A stretch of DNA of 42,909 nt from Cyanophora paradoxa CCMP329 (taxonomy: Eukaryota; Plantae; Glaucophyta). The position numbers and the translations under genes were made by a program. The stretch lies in assembly GCA_004431415.1 (NCBI GenBank), contig QPMI01000211.1:1-42909 (forward strand), given 5' to 3'. Positions within the stretch are counted from its first letter, which is position 1; every line of letters starts with the position of its first letter. Of the stretch, positions 1-11,500 are shown one piece after another. The notes under the pieces are model-generated. The model did not search any database, was not told the origin of the DNA, and was given only the letters and a program-made list of their open reading frames with translations.

Positions 1-1654
1 ACGAACAAGACAGGTTCAGTGACGATTCTTCGTTGGTCGACCATCGTGACTCGTACGCAGGACTCCTCCCCGTTCGTCTCCAGACGCCGACACGATGTTG
101 TCTTCGCCTACAATGCTGCAGGTAATTATGAAACCTGTTCAAACACATCATGGGGGCCGGCCTGCTCAAACTAACTGCCGAAAGTGTATCGAACCCGAAA
201 CCGAGGGTTCAAGCAACACTCGCTTGAGGGCGTGGACGAAGAGGATCAATCCGATTTTGAGATCGCCCGCTCTGCCGTAAGACCTTCTCCATTATTTTCT
301 TCAAACTTCTGACGGGCCTGACGATCCGTCCATCTGCCAAGGATACTAAATGCAAGGGCGGCTCCTTTTGTCCAATCGTCAATGAACAGCCATGCAAGGA
401 TTGCTTTCTTTATCCCAAGTTTGTCGTGGATCCGGAACTCAAATTGCGTTTTCCCATCAATCGAGCAAAATGTGGATGCTGCTTGGCGCTTTCTCCGGAA
501 GGTGAAACGCGTTTAGACGCTCACATCTACGGGCAAATCGGGTTTTGTGCTGGCACAAAGCTCTCTTCCGTCGACTCCTGCATCCGAATCCCACACGTCG
601 CCGAATTTGAAGAGATTCACATTAACGATCCACACGGAGCAAGGAGACTTGCGCTGGATTCCAGTTCGACGCGAAGCGCGTTTTGGAAAATTTCAAAAGA
701 TCAGGCTTCGTCCCGCGATCGAACCAGGGCATCCAAAACGCATCATGCTTGGAGACGCACAAGAGCCGGAACTCCTTCGTCTACAGGCTCCGACATATAA
801 AAACTGGAAAGTTCTTGTCATCAATCCAAATTGTCAACCGCAATCGTTTGCAGACCTCACTTCAAATCGCCAGTGCATACTCAAGGTGCATCACAAGAAG
901 ATGTTTCACAGCAGAGTTTCAAACGCTGATGATACGCAGCATCTTGCCGTCGAATACAATCAAGCTGCAAATGAATTCTACGTCGCTCGGAAGCAGAGCC
1001 GTGACAGAAAAGAATTCCTTTACCCGACTGCCATCAACATCCTGCCGGCGCGAGAGAGCTTTCCGCTCACTATTCCTGGCATGTATAAGCTCAAATGCGA
1101 TACACGAGATCAAGGACATAACCTTAAGCTTGCAGGACACATCTATGCGGTTTGCGCACAATCAGCGCACAATCAGTTTTGCCGCATTCTGAGAGCGCAT
1201 CAGATGATGAAGAGAATTCACGAAGTGGAAGACAATATTTGGATGCCAGCACTTGAACGCGAAATCAATGCATACAATCTTCTTGTTATGGTCAGTAATT
1301 TGTTTCCATTTTATAAAATCCTTTTTTGCGACCCATTCGCATTCGCAGTTTATGCTACAGTATAGAGTGACTTGGGACTCAATTTCAAAGCATATCTTTC
1401 AACCACTTCGACTTTGTGACGACACAAACAAGTTCAACCGCCTAGGATGTGTTTGTTACTTCACCAGCTCAGCGATGTGCGTTACGTACGCGCAATGTGT
1501 TCATTACTGGCGCTTTCCAATGTGTTGGTGGACATTGCAGGTCATCGAAACGAGGACGCGACAAAGTCGACGAACAGAATCGCAGCAAGAAGAAGCCGAA
1601 TGCAAACTCTTGAACATTACCAAAAGAGAACTCACTCTCTCTCTCTCTGTATAA
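1..1654 (+). pseudogene. Multi-exon orphan gene, 5'-truncated and frameshifted, with a Cys-rich segment
   Basis: Introns 122-184 (GTAATT..CTAAC..AAG), 277-341 and 1291-1360 all join open frames in phase (..FAYNAA/VYRTRNRG..EIARSA/DTKCKGGSFCP..CKDC..CGCC; ..NLLVM/YRVTWDS). At least one frame change between ~640 and ~900. Confidence 0.55.
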
Positions 1655-1758
1655 GTAGGGAAAAAACATTGTTTCTTGAGCCGGTAAACTCGAAATGTAA
1701 CGGCAAAATATGAATCGGAAATGAAACTTGAGCCTGCACGACAGTGTGAGCCACGACA

Positions 1759-3797
1759 AGGCCACTAGGGCTTCTAAAACAGCCTGCACGGCACTGGATG
1801 CTGATTTTCTCGTTGGCACTGAATCATGTTCTCATGATCCGACAAATCTGAATATTCTTCTCATGAGTGCAGGGCTCAGTTGATCATCTCTTCATTGTCT
1901 CAAGGCCACAAGGGTTTCTGAAACAGCCTGCACGACACTGGTTGCTGATTTTCGCGTTATCACCGAATGTGTTCTCATGAACCGGCCAATGAAACTCTTA
2001 AAGCCTTAAAGGCTCAAATATTCTTCTCATGAGTGCAGGGCTAAGTTGATCATCTCTTCACTGGTTCAAGGCCACAAGGGCTTCTTTAACACCCTGCACG
2101 ATACTGTTTGCTGATTTTCGCGTTATCACCGAATCATGTTCTCATGATCCGACATATAAAGCCTCAAAGACCCAAATATTCTTCTCATGAGTGCAGGGCT
2201 CAGTTGATCATCTCTTCATAGTCTCAAGGCCACAAGGGTTTCTGAAACAGCCTGCACGACACTGGTTGCTGATTTTCGCGTTATCACCGAATGGTGTTCT
2301 CATGAACCGGCCAATGAAACTCTTAAAGCCTAAAGACCCAAATATTCTTCTCATGAGTGCAGGGCTAAGTTGATCATCTCTTCACGGGCTCAAGGCCACA
2401 AGGGCTTCAAGAACAGCTTGCACGACACTGGTTGCTGATTTTCGCGTTATCACCGAATCATGGTCTCATGAACCGGCCAATGAAACCCTTAAAGACGAAA
2501 CCCCCAGATATTCTTCTCCTGAGTGCAGGGCTTAGTTGATCATCTCTTCACTGGTTCAAGGCCACAAGGGCTTCTTAAACACCCTGCACGAAACTGGATG
2601 CTGATTTTCGCGTTATCACCGAATGGTGTTCTCATGAACCGGCCAATGAAACTCGTTAAGCCTAAAAACCCAAATATTCTTCTCATGAGTGCAGGGCTCA
2701 GTTGATCATCTCTTCACGGGGACAAGGCCACAAGGGCTTCTGAAACAGCCTGCACGACACTGGTTGCTTATTTTCGCGATATCGCCAAATCATGTTCATG
2801 ATCAGCCTCAAATTATCTTTTCATGAGTGCAGGTTTTATTTGATCATCTCTTCACGGGCTCATGGCCACAAGGGCTTCTTAAACAGCCTGCACGGCACTG
2901 GATGCTGATTTTCTCGTTGGCACTGAATCATGTTCTCATGATCCGACAAATCTGAATATTCTTCAAGGCTTCTCATGAGTGCAGGGCTCAGTTTATCATC
3001 TCTTCATTGTCTCAAGGCCACAAGGGTTTCTGAAACAGCCTGCACGACACTGGTTGCTGATTTTCGCGTTATCACCGAATGGTGTTCTCATGAACCGGCC
3101 AATGAAACTCTTAAAGCCTTAAAGGCTCAAATATTCTTCTCATGAGTGCAGGGCTTAGTTGATCATCTCTTCACGGGCTCAAGGCCACTAGGGCTTCTAA
3201 AACAGCCTGCACGGCACTGGATGCTGATTTTCTCGTTGGGACTGAATCATGTTCTCATGATCCGACAAATAAAGCCTCAAAGACCCAAATATTCTTCTCA
3301 TGAGTGCAGGGCTCAGTTGATCATCTCTTCATAGTCTCAAGGCCACAAGGGTTTCTGAAACAGCCTGCACGACACTGGTTGCTGATTTTCGCGTTGGTGT
3401 TCTCATGAACCGGCCAATGAAACTCTTAAAACCTAAAGACCCAAATATTCTTCTCATGAGTGCAGGGCTCAGTTGATCATCTCTTCACGGGGACAAGGCC
3501 ACAAGGGCTTCTGAAACAGCCTGCACGACACTGGTTGCTGATTTTCGCGATATCGCCAAATCATGTTCTCATGATCCGACAAATAAAGCCTTAAAGGCTC
3601 GAATATTCTTCTCATGAGTGCAGGGCTCAGTTGATCATCTCTTCACTGGTTCAAGGCTACAAGGGCTTCTTTAACACCCTGCACGATACTGGTTGCTGAT
3701 TTTCGCGTTATCACCGAATCATGTTCTCATAAACCTGCCAATGAAACTCGTTAAGCCTAAAGACCCAAATATTCTTCTCATGAGTGCAGGGCTCAGT
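1759..3797. repeat. Tandem satellite array, ~13 units of 138-167 bp (mostly 158 or 166)
   Basis: Anchor TCATGAGTGCAGG (one variant TCCT) at 1861, 2027, 2185, 2351, 2517, 2683, 2821, 2973, 3140, 3298, 3454, 3612, 3778. Confidence 0.97.
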
Positions 3798-3818
3798 CAG
3801 AGAATGACCCTTGAATAT

Positions 3819-4800
3819 TCATTTGAAATTAAATTCGAGTCTTCTGCCTGAGAAATCGACCACAACTGCAGTTTGAGCAGATTCATCAAAATAAGGAAAC
3901 GACTTCTGTGCTGCTACTAAATGCTCGATGGATGGAGGAGGAACAATGCGAATGAGGTGTGGGTGTCTCCAGTCAGGGACTGTCTCGATTCGATACTGCT
4001 CGAATTCGTTCGGAAACAACCACTCTCTGGACTCCTGTTTCGAAGTATCAACAACATCGAGGTTTGCTAGAATGTTGTACTCGGGCAGCTCAAAAATGAT
4101 GACATGCACTATGTGATGATTGGAAGCCTTGTCGCCATGCTCCTTGAATTCGAAGAGTCCTCTGACGCGCCCGTACCTCCGGACTGGGATGAGAGTATCC
4201 GGTGGCAGCGATTCAAGTGCTTCCATTGAGAGATAAGATCGGCCAACTGGAAGTATACCCCGACCTCGAAGTTTGGATGCAGAAACGCTCTCGACAAAAG
4301 AAAACCATGACGTGTCATGTTTGCTCGAAGCCATATCCACTCCAAAATAAACGAGCTCGTTTGCATAGAACGTTGTGTAGTACACTCCGACGTTTGCAGG
4401 AAATCCTATCCATTTCACATTCGATGACTCTTCCAAAACGCTTGTATCCTCGTACGACGGTTGAGGAGTCCAAATATCAGAATCAGTTCCCCCAGGCCAT
4501 CTATGTCTCAGTTAGAAGTGCAGGAAGCTTCAGATAGTCTGATCCGGACACGCACCGTAGGGCTGCCTGTTCCGGAGCTTCTTCATGTCATCCGGGTACA
4601 ACCTAACCCCTCCTCAAGTGCGTGCTTCTCGTGCATGAATCGTGCGAGTAAACGCGCAAGGGGGCGCAATTGGGGGAATTTGAAAGCTGCCTCGCGTCGC
4701 AGGTACGCATTAAGCAGATGCCCATATGTTGAATTTGGATCTGTTCACTGGGAAAGCAGATTATTCCGGTCAAATCCAGAATCAGCACAATACGCGGAAC
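3819..4800 (-). CDS. Orphan protein, 3' exons of a spliced gene inside the element
   Basis: Open 205-aa ORF 3819-4436 with globular composition extends in frame to an acceptor at 4501. Minus-strand intron 4555-4501 is GTGCGT..CTAAC..TAG. Upstream exon appears disrupted; 5' limit approximate. Confidence 0.55.
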
Positions 4801-5289
4801 AAAACAACACACCTCCCCTCTACTTTGTAGCCGTATCGTGTGTGAACTTTGTATGAACTCCTTGGGACATAACACCTGGCATATTTCGTTGACAGTTCGA
4901 ATTATCGACCAGTGCGATCGTCGTCCAAAAGCCCTGGAATGCGTCCCATGAAATCGTAAAATGCTGCTCGAGCACAGCACATGACATTTTTTCCTTCCAA
5001 GCGGAAATAAGATTCTCGGAAGTGCCCGGAACACTGTGCTGCGCACCACATAGCGCCTTGCGGCGCTCGGAATCAAAGATGTTTGCGCTCCAATGCCAGG
5101 TAATGCCTTCATATCGTGCGCGCCTCTCTCAACTTGAGCAGCACAAACTGCATACGAGGGCTAGCGTGCCATATGGTCAATCCTGCAAGCGTAGCAATGG
5201 TAAGATGACGCCTACATGCTATGCAATGCAAGCAAGCAATGGAAAAAACTAACATGCACGGAAGAAACTCATTCATTGTTGTCCAGAAG

Positions 5290-8200
5290 CTAATTGGCGA
5301 TAGTGTCGTTGCTTCCGTGAACTATCGCAGCAAGTTTGCGAAGCTCAAGCACATAGTCTTCCACAAAACCTGAAAATATGTCGATAATTGAGAGATTGAT
5401 TGAAGCTTGGAAACACTTTTGCACTCGTTGCCCGAAGCAAGTCGAGTTCGTCATCATGAGAATTCTATAGAGGGAATTGGTGTTGTCCAAATCGCTATCA
5501 GAGTTGCACGAAGGACTGATAAGACGCGCGGCAGTTCAGAAAACTTGTTCGTTATTTAGCTGTTGTCAAAAAGTCCGGATCGCGAAACTGCTTGCATTTC
5601 AGAGAACGTCGTTTCAAAAGTAGCTCGAGTAGGCCTCACCTCAGAGCTCGAGTAGTGCATCCACGTAGAGTGGGTTGCTGCGATCCTACAAGCATGTTTC
5701 AGTTTTGGAGTTCCCAGATACGCGTATGCTGGAGATCGTCTCGAATTCGGAACGTCAACGCCGGATCAAACCTGTATGAACTCCTGTTGCAGTGTAAATC
5801 AATCGCTTAATCGAGCAATAAGAAATGATAATGTACTGAATAATGCTGTCAAGCTTTGCTTGGGCGGATTCATCATGCGGAAGAGCGATACCAGAGAGAA
5901 AGGTGAGCCCTACTCGTTGAAAGCATGCATTTGGTCCAGATGACGAGCTCCACATCTGAGCACATCCAAATCGTAATGGTGCTGCCCAGCACGTAAAAAT
6001 TCACTATCGAAAGCGGAGAAGTCCTGTGGAGGTCCAAGGAGGAATCCAGGAAAATTTGCCGTTTCAGCGAGACCGAGAACACCTTCTCGATTATCAGGGA
6101 CACCACCTCGATAATCAGGATCTGATTACCTCTGTTATCGTCTTTTAGAAACTCCTGTAGCTCTTTTTTTGTTTTCAAACCACGCATATTGTCTTGTCGA
6201 GCGTTCTCTGCGTCAATGCCTCGCTGACGCTGGAGGCGGAAGAATGTTAATGAATTCGAAGTATTCTGATGTCGAAATTCGAAACAAACCATAAGCGCGT
6301 CTGTTCGTGCAGAGCGGCCATCATCCTTCTTTGTAAACATGCACTTGTCGCGCCGCCAGTCACCGGCAGGAAGCTCCCAGCACTGTTTGAACTGTGGGTT
6401 GCGAGTTGTTGGCCCAGACAGGACTGACTCTTTTCTGTAAAGGGATTGCCATATACTGCGTTGAATTGTTCTGTTCAACACAAGCTTAATATAATGACAA
6501 GAATAGAAAAAGTTGTGAAAAGAAATAAACATACTGAGACGGGCAGATCCGACCTGACCAGGGAGATCGTCGATGTAAGAACACAACTGAAATATGCATG
6601 CTCAATATCGTTCGTGTCGCAATTCCTATATGGCACGCTTTTACCATTAAGTCATGGATTGGCGAAAAATGGAATACAAAGCTCTACCCAGTTGCTTTTG
6701 AAGAGCATGGATCCACTTCTTTTAGCCATGGGGTTAAAAATAACCGAAAAGGCCGTTGAAGTTGTGAACTTTTCCGTCGATTAGGAAAGCCAGTACGCTC
6801 AATTTTCTCTGCGCTCTTCGTGAGCAACGGACATGTACAAGGACACGGATTGGCGGAACGCAACCGAAATGTGGATGTGCTGTCATGGGGATCAGAATAT
6901 TGGCGTGAAACTCCCGTAATCTTTTCCAGTCCTGTCCCAAAACATGTTTGCAAATCCTAAATATTTGAAGGGATATAAAACGGACCAGAGGTTCTTTACT
7001 GCCGCGTCAGTTGAATACGCAAGAAGCACGCAAATTCCCCGCTTCTTTCCATTTCTGGAGAAGTACTCTTCCATCTTTCACGTAGTACGAAAGTGATCTG
7101 AATCCGTGTAGTCTCGAACCAGGGTTTGACGCGTCTCCCAGTTGCTGAAGGTGCAGTAGTAAGGTGGAGAGAATCACGTTCTGACGAGGCCGCTGGGCTC
7201 CGAACCTGACGAAGTCAGAGGAGAAGAACCACGAAAACTCGAAACATACATGAAACGCTTCAATAGTTGTGGATTGTTCAGAATACTTGCCAGGATTGGC
7301 TCAAAGGAAAAAAGAAGCTCGAGTTGCAGTTCTATACTCAGTGCCACCACAAAGACATGGCGCATTCTTGCTCGCACCACCACTTCTCGAATCGTCTTCA
7401 ATCCAGACTGTATCGCAAAATGAACCGAGATCCTGGAGCTCTCGTTCGCTGTGCAAAGGCGAAACCTAATGAAAGGCTGCAGAATGTTGAGTTCGCTGTG
7501 CGGAACCATTCGTCATAAAACTTACCTCAGCGAATACCGAGACGCGATTCATCATCGAACGCCAGCCGACCAGGCGGACAGGATTTGGTAACTTGAGAAA
7601 GCACTGATTCAAAAAGTTGCTGATATAGCTGAAACTCTCGATAGGAATTTGCGGAAACCGAGTCTTGAGCCTCGAACAAAACGCAGTGTAGCAGCTTCCT
7701 GTATCGAACGACGATAAGATAGTGTCTGGAATAAATTACGGTTCAGTAGCATTGTACGAACTGTTATGGGCAGTCTGTGAAAAGAGCACTTGTATAATCC
7801 TCAGGTTTCGAGCGTTCAAGATCCGAAGATAGAGATTGATCAGAGTTCTCAGCATACTCTTGCCAGATCTCATCAGATTCGGTGAGGTTCCCAGAATCAT
7901 CAGGTTCAATTCCATTTCATGTGCTGGAGATGCTTCTGCCTGTCTTGCCTGCAGCGCCTCGATCGCCTGTTTACGTTGACGTTTTTGGCGCTCTCTATAC
8001 TCTTGTTTTTGGTAGGGCAACATGTACAGTTCCTCGAGATTCTCGGCTGGGAACCCAGCCGTCGCGTAATCGTCCAGACGCCGAGTATCGCGCTATCCGA
8101 GTGCGTAATGCCGGCCGTGCACCGAATCCATAGAAAGCTTTCATTCTATGCATCGCGCTTGTGCGAACCGACACCAGGGCGCCTTTGCATTCTGAGCAAA

Positions 8201-8511
8201 AGCAAGGCTGTGCTTCTTTCACGTTCATGACTGTTTATCTGCGCTGGCTTGTACTTGTTACTCTTAAAGCTTGGAATGTTATGGTAAACACAGCATGGCA
8301 GACGGGAAGTGATCATGAGGGTACGTGTGGTTGGTCGGGGTACGCGATCCATCATTCGAAAGCAACAGACTGGACATTGCAGCGTAGCAGCCGACTGAAA
8401 GAGCTGTCGGACAATTGCTAGAAGCTCTCTCGGTGCTGTTCGGTCGCAACCTTTCCCTCCACGGCCGCCCAGAGACGGGCCGGCATTCGAGGTGCTTCGG
8501 TGGTTCGCCAA
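5290..8511 (-). pseudogene. Degenerate multi-exon orphan gene(s)
   Basis: Protein-like segments (5290-5490, 5873-6586, 6892-7074, 7174-7740) separated by GT-AG introns (e.g. minus-strand GTAAGT..CTGCAG near 7525-7477). Several in-frame stops and frameshifts; no recognisable domain. Confidence 0.4.
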
Positions 8512-11500
8512 TGCAAGTCCATCCTGCCTTGTCTTAAATCTTCACTTCTCACTTATACACTGCTCTGCAGAACCATGCTGCTTCCCACGCCACCGCGCAC
8601 GGTGGAAACGAGACGACTTGCCCATTGTTACGGCATCAAACGCGCCGAGGCGTATCAACTTGCCATACAGTTCAAAGCTGCATTAGAATCGTGCGCTCAT
8701 TCGAATGGGTTCGAATCACGCCGGCGTTCTGAAATCGTGCAGGCCTGGCGACCATTGTCGTCTGAGGACGCAGACCTTCGTAGGGACGCCGCGGAGAAGT
8801 GGCGTGAAGAGTGCGCTTCGATTGCTGTTGTTTATCTGCTGCTCCTTATGATTTGCTGTGCATGCGCAGTCTCGGAACTAAAGTGCAGGAGTGTTTGAGC
8901 GCTCGGACAGCGTTACAGCACGCAGCCGGAACCGAGAAAGGCCTCTCTTTGGAAGCAAGTCCCGAGGAGAACCTGTGTTCTTTTTCCTTCGAGCTCCTCA
9001 GCGCTGTTGAGCAACTCCATAACATCCGAAGAGCGGAGTTGGACGCTTCAAACCCGACTCGTTCGCTCGTCTCCTTGCGTATTTGCGCATTGGTCGCTGG
9101 TAATGATGAGAACGAGATCGCAGGATTCTGCAACTCGCGACTCTTTCGAAAAAGACGAAATTATGGTTGTAAAGCTTTTCCAGGAGTTTCAAGGTTCGTA
9201 TGCCTCCAAATGCCTCAAATGCCTCAAATGATCTTTTTCTCATCGCAGATATTCGTGGCAAGTGTAACGTCGCTCTTCATCATTCTGACGATAGTTTGAA
9301 TCCTTCAGCTTCGGACGGCAATCAGGGTTTGCGCCCCCGATTCTTTTTACTTTTCTGACGACATCGAAAAAGTTTTGCAGACTTCAAGCTCAAGCAGCAG
9401 GGCTGTCGGGAGTTCACTCGAGCGTTCAATTAAATCGGAGGTCGACATAACTGACCAAGAGAACGGTGCAATCCTTTTGGGACATCTTGCGTTCTGTTCA
9501 AATTTCCCTTCGTACAGTAAAGCCGATCTCAAACGCCGCTTCTTCTTCTGGTTTTCGTTAACCTATTCCTGGCAGGTGCATCTCATAAACTGTCTGATCT
9601 CCGCTCTTCTCCTTCCAGAGATTCAGGTCTGGTTTCCTGCATGAAGCGCTTGTCAGACACGTTTTTAATACTAAAGCAGAATCGAAAGCCATGCCGTTCC
9701 CGTTTCCTCAGCTGCAGCGCATGCCCTTCCCGCTGGCAAACACTCCCTCCATCAAAGTGGAAGGCGTGACTCTAATACTGTTTTTTGACGTCGTTAATTC
9801 TTTATAATGCTTTCAATGCAGGATCACCGGCGTCTTCTCTCGCATCAGAAAAGCAAACATCTCTTTCGTCATGTACAGCTGAAGTTCATGAAATGAAACG
9901 CCTTTTTCCTGGAGACCAAGATTGTACTTCGCGTGTGTCTGTTCTCCCATCTGCGATCGAAAGCTTTAATTTGACTCGTTTCGCTACCTTTAGTTGCTTC
10001 CGACCTCTTGACTATGAAGCGTGAGAATTTCAACTTCATGGCTTCAAGGTGTGCACCTCTTTGCGAATCTGTGCACCCCTAATTTGGAGGAATCATGCAC
10101 CTAGCAGGCTCGAGGCGGCAGAAAACAATTTGCACGAGCAGCCTCAAGCAACTGAGCTGCTTCGTCTGGGAAAAGCTCTGATTCGAGAAATTGGAAGCTT
10201 CATCGAAAATCGCGAAACTACAAGGTGCGATCTATTTTGTTCATTTCTCCATTTTTTGTACCTTATCCTGTACAGCCTCTCACCCAATCAAATACTTCTT
10301 CAAACAAAGCGTGAGCGAGAACTTGCAGTTTCGATCCGACAAATTAAATCCGGTATTATTTCAATCAATCAATTTCCTTTCTTTATTCTTTATTCAAGAA
10401 TTCTTTATTGTATCAGAAATCCAAGCGTCTTTTCCAACTCTCACGGAAGGCCTCGACATGACAATGGAGGATTTTATGAACTTCGGTTGGAAAATCGGTT
10501 TCTGGGATTTGATCGCTTACATTTATCCGCACACTCAGATGGTCGACTGAAGAAGGTTCTCCTTCTGTGCGCCGAAGTATCCAATCAACCTCAAAAATTC
10601 ATCGAAAGGCAAGTGTTTTACTGGCGATTTTATTGAGGTTATTGACGATCACTTCTCAGGGTCGATGGACTCAAGGACTCGTTTGCGAGAGATACGTCAT
10701 TAGCAAAATGCCTTCAAATCGCAACGACACTTGCCCATCAATTGACATGTGTTCAAGAAGCTATCACTTCTATAGCTTCCAAAACGAAACTTCGCGGCGA
10801 CCGCGAACTTAGTGGAGCTGACGAGTTCGTTTTGTTTTTTTGGTACAGGTTGTGTTCCTTAACCGTTTTGCAGGCTTGAACTTGAAGAGCTTCAAAGAGC
10901 TATCACAGATGAAGAGGATCGGAAGAATACTCTTCTATCTGTTGTGAAAGACCTGAGAGGGAAGTTCGAAACCTGTACGTCGTCGGATTTTCGCTCTGCG
11001 GTCAGTTTTGAAGAAATTTACCTTGCGCTCAGCTGTGAGTGAGATTCGGGAACGCCAAATCGGACCTTGCGAAGACTCGACGCCGAGTAAATATAAATGG
11101 GGTAACCCGCTTGCTGATCAATTCGCCGAACTTACGGCTCGAAAGCCAAAATGTGCAGATCCGTGTTTCTCATCGTCATTTCTGGTTTTTTATATTCACC
11201 ATGATTTCTTGCTTTCAGACACAAGTAAAGAATTCCAGAAAATGGAAACTCCAATGGATTCGTGGCCTCTCAGTGTACCTCTCCTACACGAAGTATGCGT
11301 AAAGCTTTTTTGTGCGTTTTCTTTTTTTCTTCGAGGAGCTTCATTTTCAAATCAAAGCTTAATACAGGTTTGAAAAACGTCGGAGTGAACGGATATCGTG
11401 AAATTTCCGATATAACGATCAGCGCATTTCTTTCAAAGCTCATCGACCATTTTGGCACATATCGATTTCAAGGATCGAACGCTGAACTGGTACTTTTTTT

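Noticed and set aside
2191-3334. Repeat-encoded 60-aa peptides (QGSVDHLF..)
   Set aside because: Most unit lengths are not multiples of three and several units have in-frame TAA stops.
1759-3797. CRISPR-like or guide-RNA array
   Set aside because: Units are similar along their whole length and variable parts recur as a few alleles. There are no unique spacers and no cas-like gene.
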